Source: a bacterium (GTDB lineage Bacteria > Zhuqueibacterota > QNDG01 > JAFGCO01). Taken from it: a stretch of DNA of 64,000 nt. This document shows, one piece after another, positions 1 to 10,293 of the stretch (position 1 is the first letter of the stretch; every line of letters begins with the position of its first letter). The translations under genes and the position numbers were made by a program. Location: positions 88,708-152,707 of the forward strand of contig JAFGGN010000041.1 of NCBI GenBank assembly GCA_016930535.1, read 5' to 3'. Under the pieces are notes generated by a model. That model was given only the letters and a program-made list of their open reading frames with translations. It was not told where the DNA came from and ran no database searches.

Positions 1-924
1 CAAATGCCCATTCTGGACGGATATAAAACAACCCACAAATTGCGCCACTGGGAGAAAAAACACACGGGAGCCGGCATGGAAAACAGCCGTCAAAAAATCC
101 CGATTATCGCCATGAGTGCGGATGTTCTGGGAGATACCGTCCGTAAATGCTTCAGCGCCGGAATGAACGACTATATCTCGAAACCTGTCGATCCAAGAAA
201 ACTCTTCGATCTGATCGCCAGGAACTTGCTGTTGTCCGCTCAACCCCTGAGTATCCCCTCCCAGGGCTACAAGACTATGATGACGAAACAAACCATACCT
301 CCAGAATTCTCATCCATCAAAACGCTGGATGTCCGGGACGGATTGAGACGCATCACTTACAACATCCCATTGTACAGGAAGCTCCTGATCATGTTCTGGC
401 ATAATTATCAGAACTTTCAAAATGACCTCGAGAACAGCCTGGTCAGCGACCTGGAAACAGCCATACGGCTCTCCCATACACTAAAGGGCGTGGCAGGCAA
501 TATCGGCGCTGTAAAAATTCATGAAGCGGCCGAACTTTTGGAAAACAGGTTGAAACGGAAGCCATATACTGCAGATCCGGAATTGATCGGAAATCTGGTG
601 ACGCATCTTTCTGAGACACTCAGGGAGCTGTCTCCCCTTGTCAGCAATGCGGGGAAGTCGCTGCCTGAAAAAACGCCCCGGAGAAAAATCGATCCGGAAG
701 CCGTTAAAACCAAATTCAGAACACTCGCAAAATCGATTGCGGACAGCAATACGGAATCCGCATCCCTGGTGGCTGATTTACAGTCGTACAGGTTTGATCC
801 AGTTCTATTGGCCAGGCTCGAAGAACTGCATGGGCTCGTATCCAATTATGATTTTGAAGATGCTGGGGAATGCTTAAAAAAAATTATGGAAATCCATAAT
901 CCGGATTTCCCCGGCGTTGAATAA
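1..924 (+). CDS. Partial (5'-truncated) hybrid-kinase C-terminus with a receiver-domain tail and an Hpt phosphotransfer domain
   Basis: The frame is open from base 1. The receiver tail reads 'IIAMSA...GMNDYISKPVD'. The Hpt signature is 'HTLKGVAGNIGA' (HxxKG). The stop is TAA at 922-924. Confidence 0.6.
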   Translation, partial: QMPILDGYKTTHKLRHWEKKHTGAGMENSRQKIPIIAMSADVLGDTVRKCFSAGMNDYISKPVDPRKLFDLIARNLLLSAQPLSIPSQGYKTMMTKQTIPPEFSSIKTLDVRDGLRRITYNIPLYRKLLIMFWHNYQNFQNDLENSLVSDLETAIRLSHTLKGVAGNIGAVKIHEAAELLENRLKRKPYTADPELIGNLVTHLSETLRELSPLVSNAGKSLPEKTPRRKIDPEAVKTKFRTLAKSIADSNTESASLVADLQSYRFDPVLLARLEELHGLVSNYDFEDAGECLKKIMEIHNPDFPGVE

Positions 925-1257
925 ACGCATCATTCCGCTGCGAGACAACTTTTTCTTCCCAGGCTGTGCGCCGTTCAGACTGTAAGGGCCAATTTCTTTT
1001 TTTACATGCGATTACGCTTATATTCCGGTCCGAACCCGGTCAGTCAATCCTGAACTCATCCAATCCGCATGCTGAAACAGGCGCCTGCCCGAATCTCAAA
1101 TTTGAAAATCCGTTTTCAAAAATGAAAATGTCCCATAACGATATATCTGGGCCTATGTCATTAAATATCATTTATTTATATTGTTTTTTATGTTTTGGCA
1201 TCCATCTTGTATTCAGTAGAATCAGGAAAACCGAAAAGCCAAAAACAGAGGTGTCTC

Positions 1258-4200
1258 ATGCCATTGATCCGACGCAAAGAAAGGAGCCTTTTCCTGATAC
1301 TGGTTTCCGTACTCCTGGTGTCTGAATTTATCGGTTTGCAAAGCACCCATCATTTGACGGGTCTTTTCTTCTCCTTTATTAATATAACGATCCTGTTCCT
1401 GCTGATCGCCCTGTACATTCTGTTGGGAAAGGATGTGTATCTTTCAGAAAACCGGATGACGACCATTCTTGAAAATGCATCCATGATCGTATATCTGAAG
1501 GATATTCAGGGAAGGTTCATGCATGTCAACCGTGCATTCGAAGTGATATACCGCATGAACCGGATACATATCATGGGAAAAACCTGTCATGACCTTCTGC
1601 CTGCCGCTCAGGCGGACATCCTGGTCAGCCATGAGAAGGAAGTGATCAATCAGGGAAAAACACGGACCTATGAAGAAACTGTGGATATGGAGGGAAATAG
1701 ATACACATTCCACAAAACTATATTCCCGCTTCGCAATCCCGACAATAAAATTACAGGTACGGGCGCCATTCTGATCGATATAACCGACAGGATCCGGATG
1801 GAGCAGGAATTGAGGGAACTGAATGCGAATCTGGGGAAAAAGATAAAAGAACGGACTGAAAGGCTGGCACAGAGTGAGGCGAAATACAGAAGTATTTTCG
1901 AAAACATCCAGGACGTGTTTTTCAGAACAGACATGAAAGGCACCATTACTGAAATCAGTCCGTCCGTCAGCCAGTATTTTTCCGTTGAACCTGAAACATT
2001 GATCGGCAGGCATGTCCGGGAACTTCTTTATCATTCCAACGATCACAAACAACTCATGCGCCGGCTCTACAGGGAAAAATCGGTCCAGGATTATGAACTT
2101 CCGTTTCGAACACCGGACAACCGGATCATCTGGACATCGGTCAATGCCCAGTTCATCTATGATTGTAAACGGAAAAAGTGCGGTATGGAAGGCGCTTTGC
2201 GTGATATCAGCCACAGAAAAACAGCTGAGATGGAAATCCGGAAACTGTCCCAGGCCGTGGAACAGAGTCCCGCCTGTGTTATTATTACCGAAAAAGAAGG
2301 CCATATTGAATATGTAAACTCGTTTTTTGAGGAATACACGGGATACGATTCTGAATTCATTACGGGCCAGCGTCTTGAAGTCATATTCTCAACTCAGGAT
2401 AAAGACGGGATCTATGATCAGATCCGGAAAAGAATCGGCGGACTCGATGCATGGCATGGAGATGTGCCGATTCGGAAAAAAGACGGGAAAATCACATGGA
2501 GCAACGGATCCATCGCCCCAATTATTGACGATCAGGGTAAAATTACTCATGTGATCGCGGTTTTTCTGGACATCAATCAAAGAAAAGAAATCGAAGAGGA
2601 ACTGCATCAGGAAAAATATCTGCTCCAGTCCCTCATGGAAAACATACCTGACGCCATTTATTTCAAGGACTGTGAAAGCCGTTTTCTCCGCATCAACCGG
2701 TCTCTCGCAGGCTTTCTCGGGCTCAACTCGCCGAAGGAGGCTGTCGGAAGAACCGATCTCGATTTTTTTGATATACGGCACGGCCAGGAAGCCTATGACG
2801 ATGAACGCAGGATCATATCCACCGGCGATCCGATCATCGGTAAAATCGAAGAAGACATCCTTCCTTCGGGATTCAGGAGATGGGTTTCAAGCACAAAAAT
2901 GCCGGTCAGGAACAGTATGGGAGATATCGTGGGCATTGTCGGCATATCCAGGGATGTAACTGATGTAAAGAACTATGAAAGAAAAATCAAGCTGCAGAAT
3001 CAGAAGTTGAAGGCGGCGAAATTCCGGGCTGAAGAAGCCACAAGGACTAAATCAGAATTTCTGGCCAATATGAGCCATGAAATCCGGACTCCCATGAATG
3101 CTATACTGGGTTTCTCGGAAATATTGAGCCGGTCCGTGACAGACCCGGTGATGAGAAACCATGTGTATGCAATCAACAGCAGCGGGAAAATGCTGCTCCA
3201 GTTGATAAACGATATACTCGACCTGTCCAAAATAGAAGCCGGTAAAATGGAACTGAATTTTACGTCTGTCAATGTCAAACACCTTTTTCATGAAATGCAG
3301 CAGATATTTTCTCATAAAATCCGGGAGAAAAACCTGGAAATGAGGATCAGCGTCGATGACAGACTGCCGGACGCGCTGCTCCTGGATGAAATCCGCATCA
3401 GGCAGATCCTGTTGAATCTGATCGGCAATGCAGTCAAGTTCACACACAAGGGCAATATCTCCGTTTCGGTATTTCAGAGGAATTTCGATGAAGCGCATTC
3501 CCGCCTGTCTCTCTGTTTCGAAGTCAGGGATACTGGTATCGGAATAGCCAAGGATCAGCAATCGGTGATTTTCGACAATTTTAAACAGCAGTCCGGACAG
3601 GACCATGCTCTGTATGGAGGAACCGGGCTCGGACTTTCCATCACCAAGCGACTCGTGGAACTGATGGACGGATCAATCGAGCTTGAAAGCAAAGAAAATG
3701 AAGGCAGCGCATTTCGTGTGATTCTGGAAAGGGTCGTAGTTTCTTCACTGCATGATATCCGCGATTATCAACTCCATGATTCCAGGGAAATCGTGTTTCA
3801 TGGAGGGAAAGTACTCGTGGTCGACGATGTGGAATCGAACCGGACATTGATACAGACATTCCTGGAATCCGGCAATCTCGAGGTGCTGCATGCGGAAAAC
3901 GGGGAAGACGCCATCCGGAAAGCCGGCTTATACATGCCTGATGTCATTCTCATGGACATTAAAATGCCCGTAATGGACGGATACGAAGCGACCCGGGAAA
4001 TCAAGAAAGATCCGCAGTTAAATAACATTCCGATTGTCATTCTGACAGCCTCGGCCATGAAACGGGATGAAAAGAGAATCCAGGATATCGGTGCGGACGG
4101 TTATTTGAGAAAACCCGTTTCCATGAATGAATTGCTGAAGGAGCTGTCGCGCCATCTCAAATATAGTGTGGGGCGCGGACCGGATGAACGGCCCGGAAGT

Positions 4201-4524
4201 CCCGATTCTGATGACCCCTTCAATGATACCGACGATATCGGTCTGCTCGTAAAAGCAGTCCGGATTATCGAACATGACCAGATGCCCGTCTGGCAAGACA
4301 TTAAGGACACAGTCATTTTAAGCGAAATCGAAGCGTTCGCCACATCCATATTCAACATCGGTGAATCCATGCAGATCGGTACATTGACAAAATGGGGGAA
4401 AACCCTGCTGCAGAAAGTGGCCAATTACGAAATGGCTTCCATTCCGCAAGTGATCGAACAATTCCCGGAATGCGTTTCAAAAATTAGATCCCGTATCGAA
4501 GAAGAAGGAGCATCCCATGGATGA
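1258..4524 (+). CDS. Hybrid sensor histidine kinase: TM, about 4 PAS/PAC, HisKA, HATPase, C-terminal REC
   Basis: The 1109-aa ORF 1195..4524 has a GAGGTG ribosome-binding site 7 nt before ATG 1258, so 1258 is preferred. HisKA reads 'MSHEIRTPMNAILGF'. The G2 box reads 'GGTGLGLSI'. The REC reads 'VLVVDDVESNR...ILMDIKMPVMDGYE'. The stop overlaps the next start (ATGGATGA). Confidence 0.85.
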   Translation: MPLIRRKERSLFLILVSVLLVSEFIGLQSTHHLTGLFFSFINITILFLLIALYILLGKDVYLSENRMTTILENASMIVYLKDIQGRFMHVNRAFEVIYRMNRIHIMGKTCHDLLPAAQADILVSHEKEVINQGKTRTYEETVDMEGNRYTFHKTIFPLRNPDNKITGTGAILIDITDRIRMEQELRELNANLGKKIKERTERLAQSEAKYRSIFENIQDVFFRTDMKGTITEISPSVSQYFSVEPETLIGRHVRELLYHSNDHKQLMRRLYREKSVQDYELPFRTPDNRIIWTSVNAQFIYDCKRKKCGMEGALRDISHRKTAEMEIRKLSQAVEQSPACVIITEKEGHIEYVNSFFEEYTGYDSEFITGQRLEVIFSTQDKDGIYDQIRKRIGGLDAWHGDVPIRKKDGKITWSNGSIAPIIDDQGKITHVIAVFLDINQRKEIEEELHQEKYLLQSLMENIPDAIYFKDCESRFLRINRSLAGFLGLNSPKEAVGRTDLDFFDIRHGQEAYDDERRIISTGDPIIGKIEEDILPSGFRRWVSSTKMPVRNSMGDIVGIVGISRDVTDVKNYERKIKLQNQKLKAAKFRAEEATRTKSEFLANMSHEIRTPMNAILGFSEILSRSVTDPVMRNHVYAINSSGKMLLQLINDILDLSKIEAGKMELNFTSVNVKHLFHEMQQIFSHKIREKNLEMRISVDDRLPDALLLDEIRIRQILLNLIGNAVKFTHKGNISVSVFQRNFDEAHSRLSLCFEVRDTGIGIAKDQQSVIFDNFKQQSGQDHALYGGTGLGLSITKRLVELMDGSIELESKENEGSAFRVILERVVVSSLHDIRDYQLHDSREIVFHGGKVLVVDDVESNRTLIQTFLESGNLEVLHAENGEDAIRKAGLYMPDVILMDIKMPVMDGYEATREIKKDPQLNNIPIVILTASAMKRDEKRIQDIGADGYLRKPVSMNELLKELSRHLKYSVGRGPDERPGSPDSDDPFNDTDDIGLLVKAVRIIEHDQMPVWQDIKDTVILSEIEAFATSIFNIGESMQIGTLTKWGKTLLQKVANYEMASIPQVIEQFPECVSKIRSRIEEEGASHG

Positions 4525-5611
4525 GCCGAACTTGAAAAAGAGACTGGTGCTCATCGTCGATGATGTGCCAAGAAATCTGCAGGTACTGGGCAGTGCCCTT
4601 AAAAATGACCGTATCGAAATCGCTGCTGCTCTCAACGGCAGGCAGGCTCTGAGTATTCTCGAAAAAGCAAAGCCTGACCTGATTTTACTGGATGTGATGA
4701 TGCCGGAGATGGATGGCTTCGAAACAATGAAGTATATAAAGGAAAATCCGGAAACCACGGATATTCCCGTGATTTTCCTGACTGCCCGGACCGAAATAGA
4801 AGATGTGGTCAAAGGCCTGGAGCTGGGCGCTGTCGATTATATCACAAAGCCGTTCAACCGTGTCGAACTGCTCACACGCGTGCACAATCATCTTGAACTC
4901 AAATATTCACGGGATGCGCTTAGAGATGCCAATGCCGCTAAAGACAAGTTTTTCTCAATTATTTCTCACGATATAAGAACGCCGTTTGCCGTGATTATCG
5001 GATTCGCCGAATATCTCGCCGAGCATTCGAAAACCATGGAAAAAAACCGGCTTTTGGAGCTATCCCAAGACATTCTGTCCGTATCCAGACAGGCACATCA
5101 GTTGTTCGAGAACCTGTTGCAATGGGCCAGGTCACAGGCAGGCCGAATCGAATTCAAACCGGAAAAAGTCGAATTTAAAAGATTGGTCGATGAAAATATC
5201 CAGTATATAAAAAATCGGGCGAACGAAAAAGGCATTCAACTCAATGTCACAATTCCTGAGAATCTGACTGTCTATGGGGACAGAAACATGCTTCATACCA
5301 TATTCCGGAATCTCACCTCGAACGCCGTCAAGTTTACCAGGCCGGGTGGAAATGTCCGTATATCGGCGGAGCCGGAGAAGGACAGTTACATTTTCTGTGT
5401 CGAGGACACCGGTGTCGGGATGCCGGACGACATCAGGAAAAAACTGTTCCGTATCGACGAGCATGTCTCCACGGCTGGTACTGAACAGGAAGAAGGTTCG
5501 GGGCTGGGCCTGATCCTGGTGAAGGAATTCGTGGAGAAACACGGCGGATCCATATGGGTTGAAAGCGAACCGGGGAAAGGCAGCCGGTTTCACATACGAA
5601 TGCCGGCATAA
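4517..5611 (+). CDS. REC-gated histidine kinase (N-terminal receiver, HisKA, HATPase; no sensor domain)
   Basis: The REC reads 'LVLIVDDVPRN...LLDVMMPEMDGFE...DYITKPF'. HisKA reads 'FFSIISHDIRTPFAVIIGF'. The G-boxes read 'EDTGVGMP' and 'GSGLGLILVK'. A GAAGGAG ribosome-binding site is present, and the start overlaps the upstream stop. Confidence 0.85.
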   Translation: MDEPNLKKRLVLIVDDVPRNLQVLGSALKNDRIEIAAALNGRQALSILEKAKPDLILLDVMMPEMDGFETMKYIKENPETTDIPVIFLTARTEIEDVVKGLELGAVDYITKPFNRVELLTRVHNHLELKYSRDALRDANAAKDKFFSIISHDIRTPFAVIIGFAEYLAEHSKTMEKNRLLELSQDILSVSRQAHQLFENLLQWARSQAGRIEFKPEKVEFKRLVDENIQYIKNRANEKGIQLNVTIPENLTVYGDRNMLHTIFRNLTSNAVKFTRPGGNVRISAEPEKDSYIFCVEDTGVGMPDDIRKKLFRIDEHVSTAGTEQEEGSGLGLILVKEFVEKHGGSIWVESEPGKGSRFHIRMPA

Positions 5612-5639
5612 GACAGAACAACTGGAAAGAAGGTGCAAT

Positions 5640-6056
5640 ATGGATAATCAGACGAAAAATATTTTGATCATAGAAGACAACCGGAAATACAGCAAATTGA
5701 TACAGATGAATCTGCAGGCGGCCGGATATCATGTCATCACATCGGAAAGCGGATTGCAGGGGCTCAATGCAACCCGTCAATTCAAACCTGACCTGATTCT
5801 TCTCGACATCATGCTCCCGGAACTGGACGGCCACAAAATCAGCAGGCTGCTCAAGAAGGACCGGCAATTCAAACACATTCCAATTCTCATGTTGACTTCC
5901 AGGGATCTCGATAAGGACCGGTACTACGCAACCGCATCCAATGTTGAAGGCTACCTTCTGAAAACCGAACCAATAGAAAAAATTCTGCAAAAAGTCAAAG
6001 ACAGTCTCAATAAAAACCAAAGCATAGGCCGTTTCGGCCTTGCCCATGTGAGGTAA
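5640..6056 (+). CDS. Stand-alone CheY-like response regulator receiver
   Basis: It reads 'ILIIEDNRKYS...LILLDIMLPELDGHK...LMLTSRD'. The internal ATG at 5640 is preferred because ORF 5559 would overlap the upstream gene. There is no output domain. Confidence 0.8.
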   Translation: MDNQTKNILIIEDNRKYSKLIQMNLQAAGYHVITSESGLQGLNATRQFKPDLILLDIMLPELDGHKISRLLKKDRQFKHIPILMLTSRDLDKDRYYATASNVEGYLLKTEPIEKILQKVKDSLNKNQSIGRFGLAHVR

Positions 6057-6064
6057 AAATCTCC

Positions 6065-6862
6065 ATGTCGCAGAAAATTAAAAATTTACTGGAATCAAAT
6101 CGAGCGGATTCTGAAATCATGAATAAAAAACACCCAATTGCATGCCCGTTCCCCGATACGTCCGAAGAGATCCGGAAACTCTGCAGTCACGATATCAAAT
6201 CACCCCTCAGCGCCATCATGGAATGCTGCTCCATGTTGTTCGAGAAGATGCCCGATGAACCGTTCCTGCATGATCTGCATGCAAATATCAACGACGCTAT
6301 CGAGAGTATCTGGACCATGATCGAACGAATCCATGCGCTCGTTCTGCTGCAGGACAAAGTGATGCCGTTTCATCCTAAACCCGTGAATATAACGGCCGTT
6401 GTCCGACATGTTGAAGCGAGGCTGGAAGACCGGCTGAAAGCCCATAACATGAATCTCCTGATCCGGTCATCCGCCGAAAATGTTCTGATCGGAACGAACG
6501 CCTGCAGAATGCGCGGAGACGATGTGGTCATCGGTTTTATCGTACAGCTGATCTTGAGAATGATCCTGAACTCCGCACAGTCTGCCGGGAGCCTGATCCT
6601 GGACATTCTCCAGGAAGAAGATGTCCGGGTAATGATAAAAGGACAGAGTCGAATACACGAATCATTGATGCAGATTCAGCGCTGTCTTCATGACAATGAT
6701 ACGTCGGCGGTCAATCCGGAATTGGAATGGAGAATCCTGTATCATCTCTGCAGAATGTCCGAAACCTCCATATCCTGCGCCCCGGCACACGACGACTCAT
6801 GGACGATCACTGTGCGTTTTCCGATATTGCCGGAAAAAACAAGGTGCCCTGATCATGCTTAA
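6065..6862 (+). CDS. Histidine-kinase-like protein with a degenerate ATP-binding domain
   Basis: An H-box-like 'CSHDIKSPLSAIMEC' is present. An N-box-like 'LILRMILNSAQSAG' is present. I cannot find the DxGxG (G1) or GxGxG (G2) motifs. Confidence 0.55.
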   Translation: MSQKIKNLLESNRADSEIMNKKHPIACPFPDTSEEIRKLCSHDIKSPLSAIMECCSMLFEKMPDEPFLHDLHANINDAIESIWTMIERIHALVLLQDKVMPFHPKPVNITAVVRHVEARLEDRLKAHNMNLLIRSSAENVLIGTNACRMRGDDVVIGFIVQLILRMILNSAQSAGSLILDILQEEDVRVMIKGQSRIHESLMQIQRCLHDNDTSAVNPELEWRILYHLCRMSETSISCAPAHDDSWTITVRFPILPEKTRCPDHA

Positions 6863-8030
6863 AAATCAGCAAAAAGCGAAAGTGCTGCTCGTGGATGATC
6901 TGTCGACAAACATCGACATTTTAAAATCGTTCCTGGAATCGGACTATATTACAATTGCCGCAAAAGACGGAAAAAAGGCAATTGCTTTGGCAGAAAAACA
7001 GCGGCCGGATCTTATCCTTCTTGACATTATGATGCCCGAAATCAATGGATTTGAAGTATTGTCGCATCTGAAATCCGACAGTATGACATCTCAAATTCCA
7101 ATCATGCTGATTTCATCAATCGATGACCGTGAATCCATCGTAAGAGGCTTCAGGGAGGGGGCGCACGATTATATTACCAAACCGTTTGAATCGGAAGAAC
7201 TTAAGGCAAGGATTTCAACACAGATTAAAATAAAAAGGCAAAGCGACTTGTTGACTCAAATGAATAAGGTTCTTGAAAACGAGGTCGAAAAACGGACCCG
7301 ACAACTTGAAGCCACCAATCAAATGCTGAAGGAAGCAAACGCACGGCTGAATAAATTCAGTCTGATCAAAAACCGTTTTCTCAATATCATTAGCCATGAA
7401 ATGAGGACACCTCTGGCCATCATGTCCCAATATATCGAGATTCTGAGCGAGGAATTGAATTCGGGTCGCTCTTCGGACTGCATCCGGGACATCAGCCAGG
7501 CTTATAGCAGAATACAATCCTTTTCCGAAAAGGCGCTGCTGATCACACAGCTCGACTCGGATGGATATTGTCTGAATCCGGAACCATTGAATATGGCCCA
7601 GTTAACAGAAACAGTTTTCCGGCAATTGGCTCCTGTTCCGGAATCCAAAGCAATTTCAATAAATAAAACCGGGGACTCCGATGTCATGATTTTCGGCGAC
7701 CGATCACTGATTCAATCATTGATTCACATTATTCTCGAGAATGCTGTTGGTTATTCCCGGAATGGCGGTGAAATCAGACTCCATTTTGCCGCATCCGGCA
7801 ATACAGTCGGAATATCTATCTTTGACACCGGGCCCGGATTTCCCGAAGAAGTCCTGCTCTATGCCTTTCAGCCTTTCTGCATCGGGAAAGAACCGATAAG
7901 GGAAAATTTCGGCCTCTCACTGACCATCGCCAGGCTGATCATGGAAGTACACCAGGGCAATATCGAGATAGCCAATCATAAAGACGGAGCCGTCGTTCAT
8001 CTGATATTTACACAATCGAAGGAGGATTAA
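6855..8030 (+). CDS. REC-gated histidine kinase (REC, HisKA, HATPase)
   Basis: The internal ATG at 6855 overlaps the upstream stop. The REC reads 'KVLLVDDLSTN...LILLDIMMPEINGFE...DYITKPF'. HisKA reads 'FLNIISHEMRTPLAI'. The G1 box reads 'FDTGPGF'. Confidence 0.8.
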   Translation: MLKNQQKAKVLLVDDLSTNIDILKSFLESDYITIAAKDGKKAIALAEKQRPDLILLDIMMPEINGFEVLSHLKSDSMTSQIPIMLISSIDDRESIVRGFREGAHDYITKPFESEELKARISTQIKIKRQSDLLTQMNKVLENEVEKRTRQLEATNQMLKEANARLNKFSLIKNRFLNIISHEMRTPLAIMSQYIEILSEELNSGRSSDCIRDISQAYSRIQSFSEKALLITQLDSDGYCLNPEPLNMAQLTETVFRQLAPVPESKAISINKTGDSDVMIFGDRSLIQSLIHIILENAVGYSRNGGEIRLHFAASGNTVGISIFDTGPGFPEEVLLYAFQPFCIGKEPIRENFGLSLTIARLIMEVHQGNIEIANHKDGAVVHLIFTQSKED

Positions 8031-8034
8031 AAAA

Positions 8035-8412
8035 ATGGATCACAGAAAAAAGGTCATCGTGGTGGAAGATGAACTGTCTTTTGCCAAAGTAATTAAAATG
8101 CGGCTGGAATCGCACGGCTATAGCGTGGAAATCGTCAGCGATGCTTATCAGGGCACGCAGTCCATATTTAAAAATCAGTACGACCTGATCATCCTCGATC
8201 TCATGATGCCGGCCGGTGGCGGATTCTCTTTGCTGGACAGAATCAGAAAGAATCCGAACAAGTCCGCGATTCCGGTTATTGTGGTGACTGGTAAAAATTT
8301 GGATGAAACAGACCGACTGACGGCCGAAAATAATGAGGTAAAGGCGGTATTTCAAAAACCGTACAACACTGAAAAATTCATGAATGTCGTGCAGGCGCTG
8401 GCCCCGGCGTGA
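8035..8412 (+). CDS. Stand-alone CheY-like receiver of the PxGGG variant
   Basis: An AAGGAGG ribosome-binding site is present. It reads 'VIVVEDELSFA...LIILDLMMPAGGGFSLLD...VIVVTGKN'. GGG replaces the usual MDG after the phospho-Asp. Confidence 0.8.
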   Translation: MDHRKKVIVVEDELSFAKVIKMRLESHGYSVEIVSDAYQGTQSIFKNQYDLIILDLMMPAGGGFSLLDRIRKNPNKSAIPVIVVTGKNLDETDRLTAENNEVKAVFQKPYNTEKFMNVVQALAPA

Positions 8413-8599
8413 CGGTATCTTTTCTAAAGATTCCGGTCTCCGCCACCTTTGGACATGCTGGCTGCAGCCCGAAACCGGTAATAACAAGACGAGGAAACAC
8501 CGGAGTAATTCGCGGACAGCATTTGCCCGGTGATCATTGTCATTGTGATCAGTTCATCAAAACGTACGGTTGCCCCGGTGCGCCTGTTCACATGAATTG

Positions 8600-9850
8600 A
8601 CACAGAAATAACGGCTTCAACAGTCCTCACGGCTCGCGGTCCGTATGCCGACGATTCAATTTTGCCGGGATAAACTTTTTCAGAAAATCCGAATGCCCAT
8701 TTTCTTCTCCGCCATCGAATCTCATTTTCCATAAAGGATATCCACAATACATACTATCCGGTATCGGCAGTCTCGAAATGATTGAACACCTCTGCTCACA
8801 GGAGCATAACCTTATCCCATGAAGATCACCTTCAGACAACCGTCGAGAACATACACAGGATCTGATAAACGCTGATCGATGCTTATCTTATATGACGGAA
8901 CAGCAATGTCTGGTTTGAAGTCAGAATAAAACGGTTGTTGTTCATCATTCAGGGTGCCGGCACTGTAAGAACCATTCATAACTAATTGAAAAACAGGAGT
9001 TTTTTCAAAGATAGAAACACTCAAAAATATGTAAAAACCTGAAGATTTAAAATATTGGTCAAAAACACAAAATCTTTATCATGCCCGTAATCATAGAATT
9101 TGCTCGGCGTACTTTTTCCGGATAATCATTGGAAGTATAATTATTCGGTAGCATGAGTGTCTGATCGCACCTTAAATCACTGGATTTATCAATCGGATAA
9201 GAATAGATTCATGTATATTTCAAGTTGCTTTTTGCACGCGCAATGAAATAGGCATTCTCCTGATTCAGCCTGAAACACCTTTTAAAATCGATAAATACAC
9301 TGTCTAATATGTAGAATGAACCGGTTTCCGGAATGCGTTCATCGAGAATGTTAATATCATGGGTTTTACCCTCCGTAATCCATATATATGTGGGGACATT
9401 TCCTCTCAGATCGAGTAATGTATGAGGTTTTATTGCCTCTTTGGTTTTTCGGAATACAGTCCAAGGAAATAAAGAAAGACATAAATCAGCCATTATAGAA
9501 TCGAGAGTACAGACAGTATTGTCAAAGTCGACTCCAAATGTCTCTTGATGATTAAGCTATCTGGCCTGCCGGATAAATATTTAAGCGAAATCAGCATAGA
9601 TACGCGAATCTCCTCTTTATTTGCATCAGTCAATGCGATTCGTGAGATTCGTCCTCGAAAATCCATAAAAGAGTCTGGGACGCATGGATTTCAAGCATGA
9701 TACTATATCACACAGGCTTTCTCGATATATTAGTTGAGCGGACGTCATTCTTAGGTATTGATCCCGACTGTTCGTATTAAATAATAGCATGTATTATATA
9801 TACTTAGAGACTGAATTGCAATATTTTAACCGGACACTGCTGGTGAAGAA
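8600..9850. mobile_element. Decayed IS4-family insertion sequence remnant (about 23-30% GC)
   Basis: The stretch is AT-rich and has no intact ORF. It contains the transposase fragment at 9209..9493 plus frameshifted continuations on the minus strand on both sides. Confidence 0.5.
9209..9493 (-). pseudogene. IS4-family DDE transposase fragment (central catalytic region only)
   Basis: It reads 'LLDLRGNVPTYIWITEGKTHDINILDERIPETGSFYILDSVFIDFKRCFRLNQENAYFIARAKSNLKY', which matches the conserved IS4 DDE_Tnp_1 block. The ORF is 94 aa. The flanking sequence reads on in other frames. Confidence 0.6.
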
Positions 9851-9861
9851 AGGGGAATACC

Positions 9862-10281
9862 CTATGACTCGGTCAACGTGTAGACCAGTTGTACAGGTGA
9901 AGATGCGGTTTGTTCCGATTTAAAAATCAGTGTGCACTTGTCCTGCATCCCATGCAGCGATTCAGTGATATTCCGATGCGAATCTGAGAGCAGCCGTTCG
10001 GATTTTCCCCGGATTATCAATACACCGCCAGACCGGCCACTTTCCGTGCAGGAGGAAACGGTCACCAGTTTATTCTGATGTGCTGTCCGCCAGAAAAGCG
10101 TGTGTTCGGATTTATATTTCTTGCTTATATTTAAAGTACTTCCTGAATGCTTGTCTGCTGCCGCCAATGACATGGTGTTGGGTCGAATAATACGAAACCG
10201 GATCGAATGACCGGCTGAATTGCCCGCCTCAATAAACGATGAAGCGAATAACATCATCAGAATCAGAAGGGTTGTCTTCAT
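9862..10281 (-). CDS. Small secreted hypothetical protein
   Basis: The ATG at 10281 ('MKTTLLILMMLFASSFIEA' signal peptide) follows a GGAGA ribosome-binding site. The longer ORF begins at a TTG. Confidence 0.45.
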   Translation of the reverse strand: MKTTLLILMMLFASSFIEAGNSAGHSIRFRIIRPNTMSLAAADKHSGSTLNISKKYKSEHTLFWRTAHQNKLVTVSSCTESGRSGGVLIIRGKSERLLSDSHRNITESLHGMQDKCTLIFKSEQTASSPVQLVYTLTES

Positions 10282-10293
10282 CGCAATCTCCAA

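Noticed and set aside
6690-6854. N-terminal 55-codon extension of ORF 6690..8030 ('MTMIRRRSIRNWNGESC...')
   Set aside because: It overlaps the 3' end of the upstream kinase-like gene in another frame. The receiver domain begins right after ATG 6855, which forms a stop/start overlap typical of the other junctions in this cluster.
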